A DNA stretch of 54,055 bases, filler included, from Jimgerdemannia flammicorona (GCA_003990765.1; 3 parts of 3 records of this genome joined end to end with filler, not necessarily neighbours in it); one strand, 5' to 3'; positions 22,801-36,105 are shown, counted from the whole stretch's first letter. Program-made: numbers and translations. Notes: generated by a model not told the origin, from the sequence alone.

Positions 22801-25707
22801 CTCTGTTGAATATTCTCAGCCTACTTATTCCACAGTATCTTATTATCTAATAAGGAAGAATTGAGGTACCAATGTCCCAGTCCATCTCTACTTCCCCCAA
22901 AATGGCCCTGTTCTAGTAATTCCCAATGATTAGACTATAGATACCATTCAATCTCCAGTAACCTTCAAACATCCAGGCCCCAGTAGTCTGCTGTCAAAAT
23001 CCAGTCAATCCTCATCCCTAGGCTACTTACTCAATATATATACCTCTCTGTCTTACCAAAACCCCCTGCCAGCATTCAACAAAGCACTCAGCTACTTTAC
23101 TTCCTCTCTCTGCCCTCCATTAGTTCTATCCAACAGCACATCTCTGACCATATTAAAGTCCCTATCAAGTATGTCCACTCCAGCCTCTGCCAGGGCCCCT
23201 CTCTTCTGAAGACTCTTCACCTATTCTATATACTCACCCTACACAGCAGGGCAGTAGCAGGATCTCACTATAACTGGCTCTTGACCAGTGCAAATTCACT
23301 CTCTCCAAACTAGCCTATCTCTCTAGTTCTACATATCTTATACCTCTCCTCTGCCCTTTCTGACCAGAATACCAACCTTGATCTTTCAAACTACCTTCTC
23401 TCCCAATTCTTTTGTCTATTTCAGTTTATCTAAATTATTCTCACATCTGATATCCTGCAAAAGAAAGAGATTAGCCTCCAATCCCTTCAGCCAAGTGAAA
23501 ATGTTCCATTATTGAAATGAACCCCATAACCTATTTACATTCAAAGAAAAAATGTTAGTTATACTATTTATAAGGACTAATGTATAATAACAAGTATATC
23601 CTCTATTGCTCCATATTTATCTCCTCCGGAGCCAAGTCTAGATCATGTTCAGCAGTCATCTTTTCCTCTTCCATCCTCTTAGCCTCTAATTCTACCAGAA
23701 GTTCTGCAAGCTCTCCATCCTCCTTCTCTTTGAACTTTTTATGATATTTCAGACAAGCCTCCTATCAGAGCTGTAGCCCATTCTGCTCTATTTAACAGAA
23801 AGTAGTCTGCTTACTGCCAGCCCAGCCTCTCTCTCCTTATCAACCTCATACCCTTCCTTCTTTAGGAAAATTGCAAGAATCTCCACCTTCAGCATCTCCA
23901 CCACTTCCTCACTATATAGAATATACACCCAATACTCTTCACTTATTACTTGCAGGTCCATCTCCCCCAACTCCTCTGCTGCAAAGTTATTTATCATTTT
24001 GTACATCTATAGAAGATTTCCCACCTCCTTTCTCCTAAGTCACTGGTCTTCCTCTATCCAGTATTGAGATATCAGCCCCAGTACTCACAGCCTTATCTCA
24101 CTCCTCCTCTTAGACATCTACTAGTTAATCCTTGCCAGCCACCACTACCTGCCCCTCCTTCACTATCTCAGGAACTCCAAAGTGTACTTACTGGGCTCTC
24201 CACATAGGCACATTCTCTGCTACCCTGCTCCTTGAAGCTGGACCTTATCTAATAAGAGACATAGGGGATAGGGAGTCTTCCCAGATCTCAAAGGTATCAT
24301 CTGTATAAGGGTTATACCCAGTCACCTCCTTGGTCACTTTTGGCCTCTTCCCTACATTCTCTCCATCTTTGCTGGCCCAATACTCTCCTTGGCTCCCCTC
24401 ATAATTCCAATACCACCAGCATCCTCCTTCACTCTACTCTCCAGATTTACCAACAGCTCTCTCTGCCTCTTATATTCTTGAGACCTTTCCCACAGCCCCT
24501 TATCCATGTGAATCCTCTTCCCATCCACCACTTCTAAATGTGTTGACTTGATATGTATATACCTTCTAAGTCTTTGCTCTCTGCTCTACAGCACCACTCA
24601 GCTCCTCCAATGTCTCTAACAAATCCTCTTCCTCCTTCTTACTCTCCTTTACCCTTATTATCTTACATAAGAAAGCCTTCCAAACTATCACTGAAGGCCA
24701 GTTTCTAGCCTTTCTAGTAGCTTTCTTCTCTACTAATCAAATCCTAACATCAACATCTTCAGTCTAGAATGAGGTCCCCTCCTAGACCTGGAACCCAATA
24801 TCAACTACCTCTTTATACTTAGTCATAACCTTCTTAACTCTTCTCCTCATCTCCTCAGCAGTTATCATGGGCACTCCTTTTACCATCAATTGCACTACCC
24901 TGGGGTTCTACCTCAAGCAGCATACCATCAGAACATATACCTCCCCAACAGTCAGCCTAGCCTTCAGTACTTCCTCTAATGGCCCAGCCTTCTCAAAGCC
25001 AACCTCCACTCCTTCCAATTCCTTTAGGAACTTTATGGATACAGCTCCAGCCATCTGCTTAGCAATCAGTTCCAGTATCATTTTTACTATCACTGCTAAG
25101 TCTCTGAAGTACAAAGTAACTATGAACTCTGAGATTAACTTCTTGAGTAATGGGACCACCATCAGGTCCATTATACCATCAGCCAGATCTCCCATCTGTC
25201 TAAGCCCCATCCTCTCAACCTCACCATCAGTAGTCACATCTGGATTTTTTTCCAGATTGACAGTTTCATTGCCATCAGCCATTATACTCACCTCAGCTAC
25301 TATACTCCCAGCTCTACTACCTCTACTGCCAAGAACTGCTCCCTTATACCTGGTCATCTTCACTGTCTTCTTATCCTTTCTCAGCCAGTCCTCCAGCCCA
25401 GATGTCAGCTATCCTCTCTTCATCATATCTATGAAACTCACCCTTCCTATCCCCTGCCCTCTGACCCTACTCCCTCCCCATCCACATCCTCTCACCAGCA
25501 GACCCCTCATGCTCCCCCCCAAGCCAGGGCCCCTCCCTACATTCTGTCAGTCAAATGCACTAGGGCCACTCTGCCCAGTTCATACCTTAGAATATACATT
25601 GGTTGCCATATTGCTAGACTCTTCTCTCCAAAAACTATATTGTGAGTATTACCAAAAGGTTGTATAATCTAAATATTACCAGAGAAAGATGCCTTTCAGA
25701 AATTGAA
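19808..25707 (-). mobile_element. Full-length LINE copy E inserted in LTR1
   Basis: Poly(T) at 19808-19871. TSD AAATAAACCTC at 19797-19807 and 25711-25721. Reverse ORF1 (~25609-23603) and ORF2 (~23571-19893) homologous to copies B-D. Confidence 0.92.
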
Positions 25708-26362
25708 AGTAAATAAACCTCAGTCAAATTGAACCAGTTCAATTTAAAAGTCTTCCTTATATACTCTTCCTCTCTATTTCAAAATCCTATCAACTCACTA
25801 AGTTCTGTATCTACTATATTATAACTTAGTATCTATTGGCTGGTAATTCAAGATGAATCCTCACTTTTAAGCTAAAAAATGAATAACTGCCAGACCACCA
25901 TACAGACTATCATATTGTATATGGTGTTTGTCTACACCATCTGCTGTTATTACTTATTCCAGTTGTCAGCCTTGTGTCTGTGAACCATCAGTATTGAACA
26001 ATAGATACTCTGTAAAGAACTGTATTATTGAGTTAATAGCTGAGTCACTCCTTAGTTTGAGAGACAATGTTATAAGAATTAATTACTGAAAAATGCTGAA
26101 CAAATTACTATACTAAATAGACTACTGTCACCTACTACTTTTGAAGCTATAACCTATTCCATAATATACAATTTACTGTCACCTGACTTTGAAGATATGA
26201 ACCTCCCAAATTTGAAGACATTGTTTCATCTCTATACTATCTACTATTAATTAGTTGTTCCTATTATTAGCCTCATTTCTGTAAATCATCAGTATTGAAT
26301 AATAGACACTCTGTAAAGGACTATATTATTGAGTAAATAGCTAGGTTGCTCCTTAGTTTGAG

Positions 26363-26867
26363 GGAGTGGAGAAAAAGAGCCCAGCAGGAACCAGGAGAGC
26401 AAACCCAAAACCAGTGTTAAAGCAAATAGAAGATATATAGAAGAGCATATATAAGGGAGATGAACAAAGAACATAACTGAAAATGCATCAGCCATTTATA
26501 GCTATGTAAAAATGCAATCCTTATATATAAAATACAATGTCTCAAAAGGGAGGATGTGCTATAACTTGGGGCAAACCAAATTAGAAACCACATGACTATT
26601 AGAGATAAGCAAAGATAAAGAGGGAGCCAATCCCAGTTATAGGATAAAAATCACAAATAAACACAAATAAAACAAATCCAAATCAAGATTAAAAAACATC
26701 TGCAGACCCCAGAGGGGTGAGTGTGAGTGAGAGGTGAGGCTGAAACAGAGTGAGCTATAGTGAGCCTGAGTAAAGCAAGGGACTGAAGGTAGTGGAGGAG
26801 AGTAGAGTAAGGCTGAGACCCCAGAGCAAATGTGAGACCTCAGAGGAGGCAAGAATGTTTTTTAATC
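26363..26867 (-). repeat. Inverted pseudo-LTR of the PLE
   Basis: Reverse complement of 30849-31353. Confidence 0.92.
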
Positions 26868-27702
26868 TTGATTTGGATTTGTTTTATTTGTGTTTATTTG
26901 TGATTTTTATCCTGTAACTGAGATTGGCTTCCCCTTTATCTCCACTTATCTCCAGCAGTCATGTGGTTCCTAATTCAGTTCACCTCAAGTTGTGGTGCAT
27001 CCTCCCTTTTGAGACATTATATTTTGTATATAAGGACTGTGTTTTTACATGGAAATAAATAGCTGATGTATTTTCAGTTATGTTCTTTGTTTGTCCCCTT
27101 TATACATACTCTTCTACATATCTTCTATTCACTTTAACACTAGTTCTGGGTTTGCTCTCCTAGCTCTCACTGGGCCCTCTTTCTCTATAAATTCAAATTG
27201 AGATTAAAAACATTCTTGCCCCCTCCAGGATCTTGTATCACTCAGGGTCTTGGCCTTACTCTGCTCCTCTCCACTGTCTTCAGCTCCTCACTTTACTCAG
27301 ACTCACTGTGGCTCACTCTGTTTTGGCCTCACCCCTCACTTATACTTACCCCTCCAGAGTCTGTGGATGTTTTTTAATCTCAATTTGGATTTGTTTTATT
27401 TATATTTATTTATGATTTTTATCCTATAACTGGGATTGGCTTCTTCTTTATCTCTGCTTATCTCCAGTAGTCATGTGGTTTCTAATTCAGTTCACTCCAA
27501 GTTGTGGTACATTCTCCCTTTTAAGATATTATATTTTATATATAAGGACTGCATTTTTACATAGCAATAAATAGCTGATGCATTTTCAGTTATGTTCTTT
27601 ATTCATCCCCCTTATATATGCTCTTCTATATATCTTCTATTCACTTTGACACTGGTTCTGGGTTTGCTTCCCTGGCTTCTGCTGGGCTCTCTTTCTTCAC
27701 TG
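26855..27702 (+). repeat. Partial (26855-27188) and full (27202-27702) direct pseudo-LTR copies
   Basis: Both align to 30849-31353. Confidence 0.92.
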
Positions 27703-27704
27703 CT

Positions 27705-28835
27705 ATACCATCTGCCCTCAGGGTCTCTATCTCCATTGACAAGATTATGGATGAGATTCTTCCTCCTCCCCCTCTCCCTGCTTTCATCCCCACTACTGTC
27801 TCATTCAAGACCTATGTCTCATCTGCCATTCTTTCTCTCTCTCTGGACCTTTGTCCTTCTAGTTAACCACTCCTCTCTCAGTTCCAGTTGATTCTTGCTC
27901 TCTCTGCCAAGGAGGCCCATCTCCACTGTGACATCAATGTCATTACTCTGCCTGCTGTCCATTACTCTGTTCTCCCCAAGGCCCACCACTAAGTCCTCTC
28001 CAAAGAGATTTATACTGCTACTGCTATCACCAAGCTTACTGCTGCCAATACTGCTGCCACTTCTGCTACCACCACTTCTGCCTCTTTTCACTATGTCTGT
28101 ACCTCTTTTGTGGCCCTTGCCTCCTTCTGCTTTGCAGATATTGCCTCTTTCTGTAGCTTTACTGTCCAAGACATTCCCTTTACCACTACTGACATCAATG
28201 CTATTCATTGCTTCCTTCTTGCCAGTACCTCTTTTGTTACTCATCTTCACAAGTAGGAAATATCACATGCTACTGCTACTGCTCATACCACCACCACTGC
28301 TCTCCTATCTATCTTCTCTAAGGTTTCAGTCTCCAAGACCATCCATGTTGAGGCTTATACTGTCACTTATGCCAAGATTCATTCTTTTGCTGCTGCCACT
28401 ACCAAGGCCCCCACCAAGACCCCTGCCAAGCCCAACAAGGCTTCATCAGCTTTGTCTCAGTCCCTCTTCCCTGCCAAGGCCTCCTCCTCTATTCTCCCTG
28501 CTCCCAAGTGTGGCTGTCAACTTGGTTCTTACTCCATTGGGGCTTGGCCCTGTGCTGTCTACTCTGGTCACCTCCACCATACCTACTGGTACCCAGCCAA
28601 GTCTATCTGTCTCCATAGTGGTGTCCCTTGTGCTTCTGTCCTTCTGACTGCTCACTCTCTCTCTGCCTCCTCTGCCAGCTCCTCTTCTGCCTTCTCCACT
28701 CATGCCTCTGAATGTAAGGGCTACACAAAAGCCTGTAGCCACAAGGTCTGGCACTCTGATGGGGTATGCTCTCATTCATCAGGCTTGCCATCTTCAAAAA
28801 ATGTCAGAGGGAAGGGGAAGGCCTCTCACTCTTAA
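27705..28835 (+). pseudogene. PLE ORF1, Ala/Thr-rich helical protein (degenerate)
   Basis: Single frame with few stops (IPSALRVSISIDKIMDEIL...KGKASHS*), directly after the pLTR. The start appears mutated to ATA. Confidence 0.55.
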
Positions 28836-28859
28836 ACTTCTCTCTAGCATAGTTCTCCC

Positions 28860-30848
28860 CCAGTGTTCTCATCCCTTCTCAGATTCTGTCCTTGCTTCTG
28901 GTGTACCCTGAGTGGTTCCTCATGCTGTCTTCCCTTCATCTTTTCCAGTTGCTTGTCCTGAACCTTTGGGTTTATTCTTCTCTTGGAATACTTTTATCTC
29001 CTTCTTTTTCTTCAGCTGACTGCTCTCTTTCTCTCCTTCAAGTCTTTGCCTTATCCTTGGGTCCTTACTTTGTTTTTCCTATGACTCTCTCACAATTCTC
29101 CTTCACCGATCTGGCTTATCTCTCATACTTCCATCATGCTCTTGACCTTGCCATCTTCTTTGAGGATCATGGTGAGATACTCTCTCACTATTACATATAT
29201 TCCTAGTGATTGAGTCCTCCTTCCCAATGTCTCTTCACACTGCATATTCCTTAACATAGCTTGCTTGCTGTCCATTTCCAGATGTGCTTACTCTTGCTTG
29301 ATTTTAGACTGTGCCATATATACTATGCTTAAATCAGTTAAGCAATTACCTTTATATTTGCTCACAGTCACTGATAAGAATCAGAGTTTTGCACTTATTC
29401 CTAAGTCACTCTACCTTGATGGCCTTTCTGCCCTCCTTTAAGCCATGGCTTATGAGCCTAGTGCTCTTGGATTGGATGAGATTCTCACTTTCCTTCAGAT
29501 TTCCCTGGCTCATGCCAGATCACTTTCAGATTCTTCTTTTACAAACCCCATTTTTAACTTCTTCCAGGACTCTTTATTCTCACCAGACATTTGTCTTCTG
29601 GTTTTTTATACTCTTCTCAAAGTCTATAAACTTACTTTAGCTTGGCATCCTATTACAGCTACTTACAGTTCAACTACCACTGAGATTTCAAAGTAGTTAT
29701 CTCACTTCTTCCTCTCTTGGATGGCTCTTCTTCAATACTATCTTGGGCCTGAGTATATAATTCTTCATGATACTCAGGAGCTTGCCCTTCTTTGCTCTAC
29801 CATTGTGCCTGTTCACTGGTTTTCCCATTTGGCCTCTAGTGACTTCTCTTCCTTCTATACTGCTATTTGTTTTGATGAGATCAATAATTGTCTTCACTTC
29901 TTGGGTTCCATTGTCTTTTCTTTGGACTTCCTGGTTTTATTGGCTTCTATTGTTGAGCTTATACTCCTTGTCTACAGCTCCAATTATTTCAAGTCAGTTC
30001 TTGGCTCCTTTTACCAGACTTCTGGTATTGTTATGGGAATAAATTGTGTCTCTATCTTTGTCAATCTCATTGGCCTGGCCCATGAACTTCATGCAATACA
30101 TGATCCTTCTTCACCTCTTTCCATTATATTTCAGGCTAGAGATATCTTCTTTTGCTAATATATTGATAACTTCATCATCCTTGCTATTACTAATATTGAT
30201 ATTCCTAGTATATTCCATAGTATCTACCCTCTCTATCATTCTATTACTTGGGTGTGTGGTATGACCAGTATTCTCTTTTTGGACCTTTCCATTTTTCTTT
30301 CTCTTTTCTGAACTGTTGTCTATTCTTATTTTTTCCATTTATAATAGTTTTCTAACTTTCATTTCAATCCTCCTTATCATACTCTTCTTAAATGTATTTG
30401 TGATATGATTTATTGTCTTGCACTATACTGCTCTCATTGTTTTGACTGAGTGTCTGCTGTTTGGGTTCTTGGCAACTTTGTAGTCTATCATCATACCTAC
30501 CCTATTTCTATTATTCATAATCTGCTTACTTCTGTTAAATAGTCTATTGTTCATTCTTCTCTTCTCTCTTCCCTTTACCCCTCTTCTCTTTCCTCTCTTC
30601 CCCCTTACTCTCTCTGTACCCCCTCTTCATTCCCACTCCTGATTTTCATTGTACTATTCAATCATACTCACTGGGTCACTCAATGCTCTGATACTATCCT
30701 ACACTCTTCTCTTTCATACTATGGACTTTCATCTTTTTCTTAATGTTCTCTAATTGCTTATTTATATCTTCCTTCTGTTTCTTCTTTAATCTATCACTCT
30801 CATTTTGTGTTTTTATCACCTTCTGGTACCTTTAGCTCTGCTAGAGAG
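28860..30848 (+). pseudogene. Penelope-type reverse transcriptase (degenerate)
   Basis: LSLGPYFV, TDKNQSF, FYTLLKVYKLTLAWHPI (cf. FYGLPKIHK..P.RPI), SDFSSFYTAI, QTSGIVMG...IFVNL, YIDNF (YIDD). Confidence 0.88.
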
Positions 30849-31353
30849 GATTAAAAAACATCCTTACCCCCTCTGGGGTCTCATGCTTACTCTGGGGTCT
30901 CAGCCTTACTCTGCTTCCTTCCACTGTTTTTAGTCCCTTGCTTTGCTCAGACTCACTATAGCTCACTCCATTTCAGCCTCACCCCTAGCTTGCACTCACT
31001 TCTCTAGGGTCTGTAGATGTTTTTTAATCTTGATTTAGATTTGTTTCATTTGTATTTATTTGTGATTTTTATCCTATAACTGGGATTGGCTCCCCCTTTA
31101 TCTCTACTTATCTCTGGCAGTCATGTGGTTTCTAATTTAGTTTGTCCTGAGTTGTGGCATATCCTCCCTTTTGGGATATTATATTTTATATATAAGGACC
31201 ATATTTTTACATGGCAATAAATAGCTGATGTATTTTTAGTTACATTCTTTGTTTGTCCCCCTTATATATACTCTTCCATATATCTTCCATTTGCTTTGAC
31301 ACTGGTTCTGGGTTTGCTCTCCTGGCTCCTACTGAGCTCTCTTCCTCTACTCC
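30849..31353 (+). repeat. 3' pseudo-LTR of the PLE with internal 14-bp inverted repeat
   Basis: GATTAAAAAACATC (30849-30862) and GATGTTTTTTAATC (31016-31029). Confidence 0.92.
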
Positions 31354-32715
31354 AACATTACAAGAATTAATTGCTGAAAAATACTGAATGAACTACTATA
31401 CTGAACAGACTGCTGTCACCTACTGCTTTTGAAGATATGACCTATCTCATAATATACAATTTGCTACCACTCAACTTTTGAAGATACAAACCTCCTAAAT
31501 TTGAAGAAACTGTTTCATCTCTATGCTATCTGCTATTAATTAGTTATTCCAGTTGTCAGCCTCATTTCTGTGAACCATCAGGATTGAATAATAGATACTT
31601 TACAAAAGACTGTATTGTTGAGTTAATAGTCAGGTTGCTTCTTAGTTCAAGGGACAAAATAATAAGAATTAATTGCTGAAAAATGCTAAATGAATCACTA
31701 TGCTAAATGTCACCTAACATAAGAATACCACCCAACTTTTAATAATATATGAATACTATCTGTCATACAAACCACCCTACTGAAGATATTATATATGAAC
31801 TGCTTGAGTTAATTATTTAAAGAATGCTATCTAATTTTTGATGACATATAAATAGAATAGACCACTCTGAAGAATTAAAAGACATCATATATAAACCACC
31901 TACCTGACTTTTGAAGATACTGCTATCTGACTTTTGACAATATATAAATACTGCCTATCATAAACAAACCACTTAAGTAAAGAATGCCACCTAAGCTTTG
32001 AAGATATTGTTACCTGCCCAACTTTTGAAGATGCTATTGTCTGACTTTTGATAATATACAAACAGAATGGATAGCCCTGGAGAATTAAAAGACATCACTC
32101 AAGTTAATTATTTGAAGAATACTGCCTACTACAAATAAACCACCTAAGATGACATACAAATGGACTGCCATATAACATATGAATGGACTGCTACAGAGAA
32201 TTAAAAGATGCCATATAAACTATCATCTGACTTTTGATGACATATAAATGGAATGAACTATCCTAGAGAATTTGAAGATAAGCTACCATCTAATTTTTGA
32301 AGACCCCATCATCTGAACTACCACCTGAACTACTATCCAACTTTTGAAGATACTGTCATCTGACTTTTGATAACATATGAATGGAATGGACAGCCCTGGA
32401 GAATTAAAAGATACCATACAAACCATCATCCAACTTTTGATGACATATAAATAGAATAGACTGCTCTAGAGAATTTGAAGATAAGCTGTTATCCAAACTG
32501 CCACCTGAACTGTCACCTAATTTTTGAAGACTCTGTCACCCAAACTGCTATCTGAATTAATTATTTGAAGACTTTTGGAACCTCAAATAACATTTTAACA
32601 ATTGCCTAGATATATTATAAATATGTCTATATAGGGGAAACAAATATATAAATATTGTAATATTAGAATTTGAATAGATATTTTTATATCAAAAATAACC
32701 TATTCAGGGGAAAGA

Positions 32716-33104
32716 TGTGACATATGGTATGAAATAAAAACAGGAAATAGATATTTGATCATAGTATCTAAATCTAATTTCTAATTTAATATAGTATAGA
32801 AAATTACCTTTACTACAGATACTATATCTAAAATATTATCAGTAAAACTCTTATTATTTTCACAAATTTTAGATAGAATTTCACATGAGATTCTATCTGA
32901 GAATTTTACATGAAAAGACTTAATACTTAGCTATATATTTAGTAGCAGAATTAGCATACAAATATGTATAAATAACCTAGTATTTTAGAGTAAATAAACC
33001 TCAGTCAGATTGAACCAGTTTAATTCAAAAGTCTTTCTTATATACTCTTCTTCTCTATTTCAAAATTCTACCAACTCATCAAGTTCTGCATCCACTACAT
33101 TACA
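32716..33104 (+). repeat. Shared middle LTR of the tandem array
   Basis: Preceded by PPT AGGGGAAAGA and followed by a PBS-like sequence; TGTGA...TTACA. Confidence 0.92.
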
Positions 33105-35087
33105 ACTTGGTACCCATTGGCTGATAATTCAAGATAACTCCTCACTTTTAAGCTGAAAAATAAACAACCACCAGACCATTATACAGATCATCATATCACA
33201 CATAGTATTTGTCTGTGCCATCTATTGTTATTACTTATTCTGGTTGTTAGCCTCATTTCTGTGAAATGTTGGTATTGAATAATAGATGATCTGCAAAGAA
33301 CCATATTGTTGAGTTAATAGCTGGGTTGCTCCTTAGTTCAAAGGACAATATTATAAGAATTAATCACTGAAAAATGCTGAATGAACCACTATACCAAATG
33401 GACTACTGTCACCCACCACTTTTGAAGATATGTATGACCCATTCTACAATATATAATTTGCTGTCACCTGACTTTTAAAGATACAAACCTCCTGAATTTA
33501 AAAACACTATTTCATCTCTGTGCTATCTACTATTAATTGGTTGTTCTGGTTATCAGTCTCATTTCTGTGAACCATCAGTATTGAATAATAGATGCTTTGT
33601 AAAGAACCATATCATTGAGTTAATAGCTGGATTACTTTTTAGTTTAAGGGACAATGTTATAAAAATTAATTACTAAAAAAATACTAAATGAACCACCATA
33701 CCAAACAGACTACTGTCATCTGCCACTTTTGAAGATATGACCCATCCCACAACATATGATTTGCCACCACCTGACTTTTGAAGATACAAACCTCCTAAAT
33801 TTAAAGACACTTTTTCATTTCTATACCATCTACCATTAATTGGTTGTTCCAGTTGTTAGTCTCATTTCTATAAACTATTAGTATCAAACAATAGATGCTC
33901 TACAAAGGACTGTATCATTGAGTTAATAGCTGGGTCACTCCTTAGTTTAAGGAATAATGTTATAAGAATTAATCACTAAAAAATGCTGAATGAACCACCA
34001 TACTGAATGCCACCCAACATAAGAATACTGTCTAACTTTTGATAATATATGAATACTGCCCATCATATAAACCACCCTATTGAAGATATTATATACAAAC
34101 TACTCAAGTTAATTATTTAAAGAATGCTGTCTGACTTTTGATGATATATAAATGAAATAGACTACCTCAAAGAATTAAAAGACATCATATACAAACCACC
34201 CACCTAACATTTGAAGATACTGCTGTCTGACTTTTAATGACATATGAATACTGCTCATTGTAAACAAACTATCTGAGTAAAGAATGCTATCTGACCTTTG
34301 AAGACATCATTACCTGCCCAACTTTGAAGACACTATCATCTGACTTTTGATGATATATGAATAGAATAGACAGCTCTGGAGAATTAAAAGACATCACCTG
34401 AGTTAATTATTTGAAGAACACTATCTGCTACAAACAAACTGCTGAGATGATATGTAAATAGACTACTACATGACATATAAATGGAACAGACTGTCCTGGA
34501 GAATTTGAAGATAAGCTGCCACCTGATTTTTGAAGATTCCATCACCTAAACTACCATTCAAACTGCCACCTAACTTTTGAAGACATCACCATCTGACTTT
34601 TGACAACATATGAACAGAATGGACAGTCCCAAAGAATTAAAAGACATTATCTAAGTTAATTATTTGAAGAATACTGTCTACTATAAACAAACTGCCCAAG
34701 ATGACATATGAATGGACTGCCACATAATATACAAATAGACCACCATAGAGAATTAAAAGATGCCATACAAACTGTCATCTGACTTTTGATGATATATAAA
34801 CAGAACAAATTACTCTGAAGAATTTGAAGATAAGCTGCCATCTGATTTTTGAAGACTCTGTCATCCAAACTGCTACCTAAACTACTACCTGATTTTTAAA
34901 GATGCTGTCACCTGAACTGCTGCCTGAATTAATTATTTGAAGACTTTTGAAACCTTGAATAACATTTTAACAATTATCTAGATATATTATAAATATATCT
35001 ATATAGAGAAAACAAATGTATAAATATTGCAATATAAGAATTTGAATAGGTATTTTTGTATTAAAAATAACCTATTCAGGAGGAAGA

Positions 35088-35476
35088 TGTGATATATGAT
35101 ATGAAATAGAAATAGGAAATAGATATTTGATCATGGTATCTGAATCCAATTTCCAATTTAGTATAGTATAGAAAATTATCTTTACTGTAGATATTGCATC
35201 TAAAATATTATCAGTAAAACTCTTATTACTTTTATAAATTTTAGATAGAATTTTACATAAGATTTTATCTGAGAATTTCACATGAAAAGACTTAATACTT
35301 AGCTGCATATTTAGTAGCAAAATTAGTATACAAATCTATATAAATAGCTCAGTATTTTAGAGTGAATAAACCTCAGTCAGATTGAACTAGTTTAATTCAA
35401 AAGTCTTCCTTATATATCCTTCCTCTCCATTTCAAAATCCTACCAACTCACCAAGTTCCACATCCACTACATTACA
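35088..35476 (+). repeat. 3' LTR of the tandem array
   Basis: PPT AGGAGGAAGA upstream; no PBS downstream. Confidence 0.92.
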
Positions 35477-36005
35477 CTAATAAGAATTCTTAGATAAGTA
35501 TCACACTAGTAGAATGAAAAGAAATACAAGATGACTTTTAGAAAACATTAGATATCTTGAAAGAGAAGATCCTGTAAACTATAGAAAAGCCATCAAATTT
35601 ATCTGTATGAGTATTATAAGTATTTATTTTAGAGTTGCAAATATCTTTTATTAATTTTTTTTTTTTTTTTCTTAGAATTTTTTCTATATATTAATATTAT
35701 TATCATCATCTTAGATTAATGGAATTCAAATGTATCAAAACCTGTAGAGAGGATTCTCCATCATGCTTCAAGAAATCAATATTATTAGTAATGACTCAAT
35801 TGAAATTTATAGTTTAGAAGGACTTTATATTACTGTCTGCAATATATAAGTCTTGACTCAGTCTATAGATATATAGGAGTAGTCTAGCAGCTTTGGATTA
35901 TCTTTTGGGCCTGCAAATTATATACTCTGCCCATGTCCCTGGACTATACTCCACTCTTTTTTACTTTAACTAATATTACCCTTCTTATATTCTCAACCCC
36001 CCCCC

Positions 36006-36105
36006 NNNNNNNNNNNNNNNNNNNNNNNNNNNNNNNNNNNNNNNNNNNNTTAATTAATTAANNNNNNNNNNNNNNNNNNNNNNNNNNNNNNNNNNNNNNN
36101 NNNNN
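36006..36105. other. Artificial contig spacer (N44-TTAATTAATTAA-N44)
   Basis: Identical to the first spacer. Confidence 0.98.

Larger units (their letters stand above)
26363..31353 (+). mobile_element. Penelope-like retroelement, apparently lacking GIY-YIG endonuclease (Coprina/Athena-type)
   Basis: PLE-type RT motifs, upstream ORF, and ~500-bp pseudo-LTRs in direct and inverted orientation. Interrupts the host repeat AGGGACAACATT without an evident TSD. Confidence 0.85.
19538..35476 (+). mobile_element. Non-autonomous LTR element in tandem LTR-int-LTR-int-LTR array (TRIM/LARD-like)
   Basis: Three homologous ~389-bp LTRs: 19538-19807 + 25711-25823, 32716-33104, 35088-35476. PBS-like TGGTACCCATTGGCTG follows LTR1 (decayed) and LTR2. 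PPTs precede LTR2 and LTR3. Two homologous ~2-kb non-coding internal regions. Flanks CTAG/CTAA. Confidence 0.9.

Noticed and set aside
24867..25667. Antisense ORFs over LINE ORF1 (also 38580-39311, 9601-9930)
   Set aside because: Ser/Thr/Pro-rich antisense shadows expected from strand bias; endpoints differ between copies.
27895..28647. 250-aa Leu/Pro-rich ORF as a membrane protein
   Set aside because: Off-frame shadow of PLE ORF1 on a pyrimidine-rich strand.
26363..31353. DIRS/Ngaro element or DNA transposon with 500-bp TIRs
   Set aside because: No tyrosine recombinase, RNase H or transposase motifs; the RT motifs are Penelope-type.
30849..31353. Hammerhead ribozyme in the pLTR
   Set aside because: No CTGANGA...GAAA core found on either strand. 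The nearest are CTGATG(C/T) and CTGAAAA. An Infernal search on the consensus would settle it.
31700..35000. Short recurring motifs as a CRISPR-like array
   Set aside because: Irregular spacing, and the intervening sequences are themselves repeated; this is the interior of the non-autonomous LTR element.
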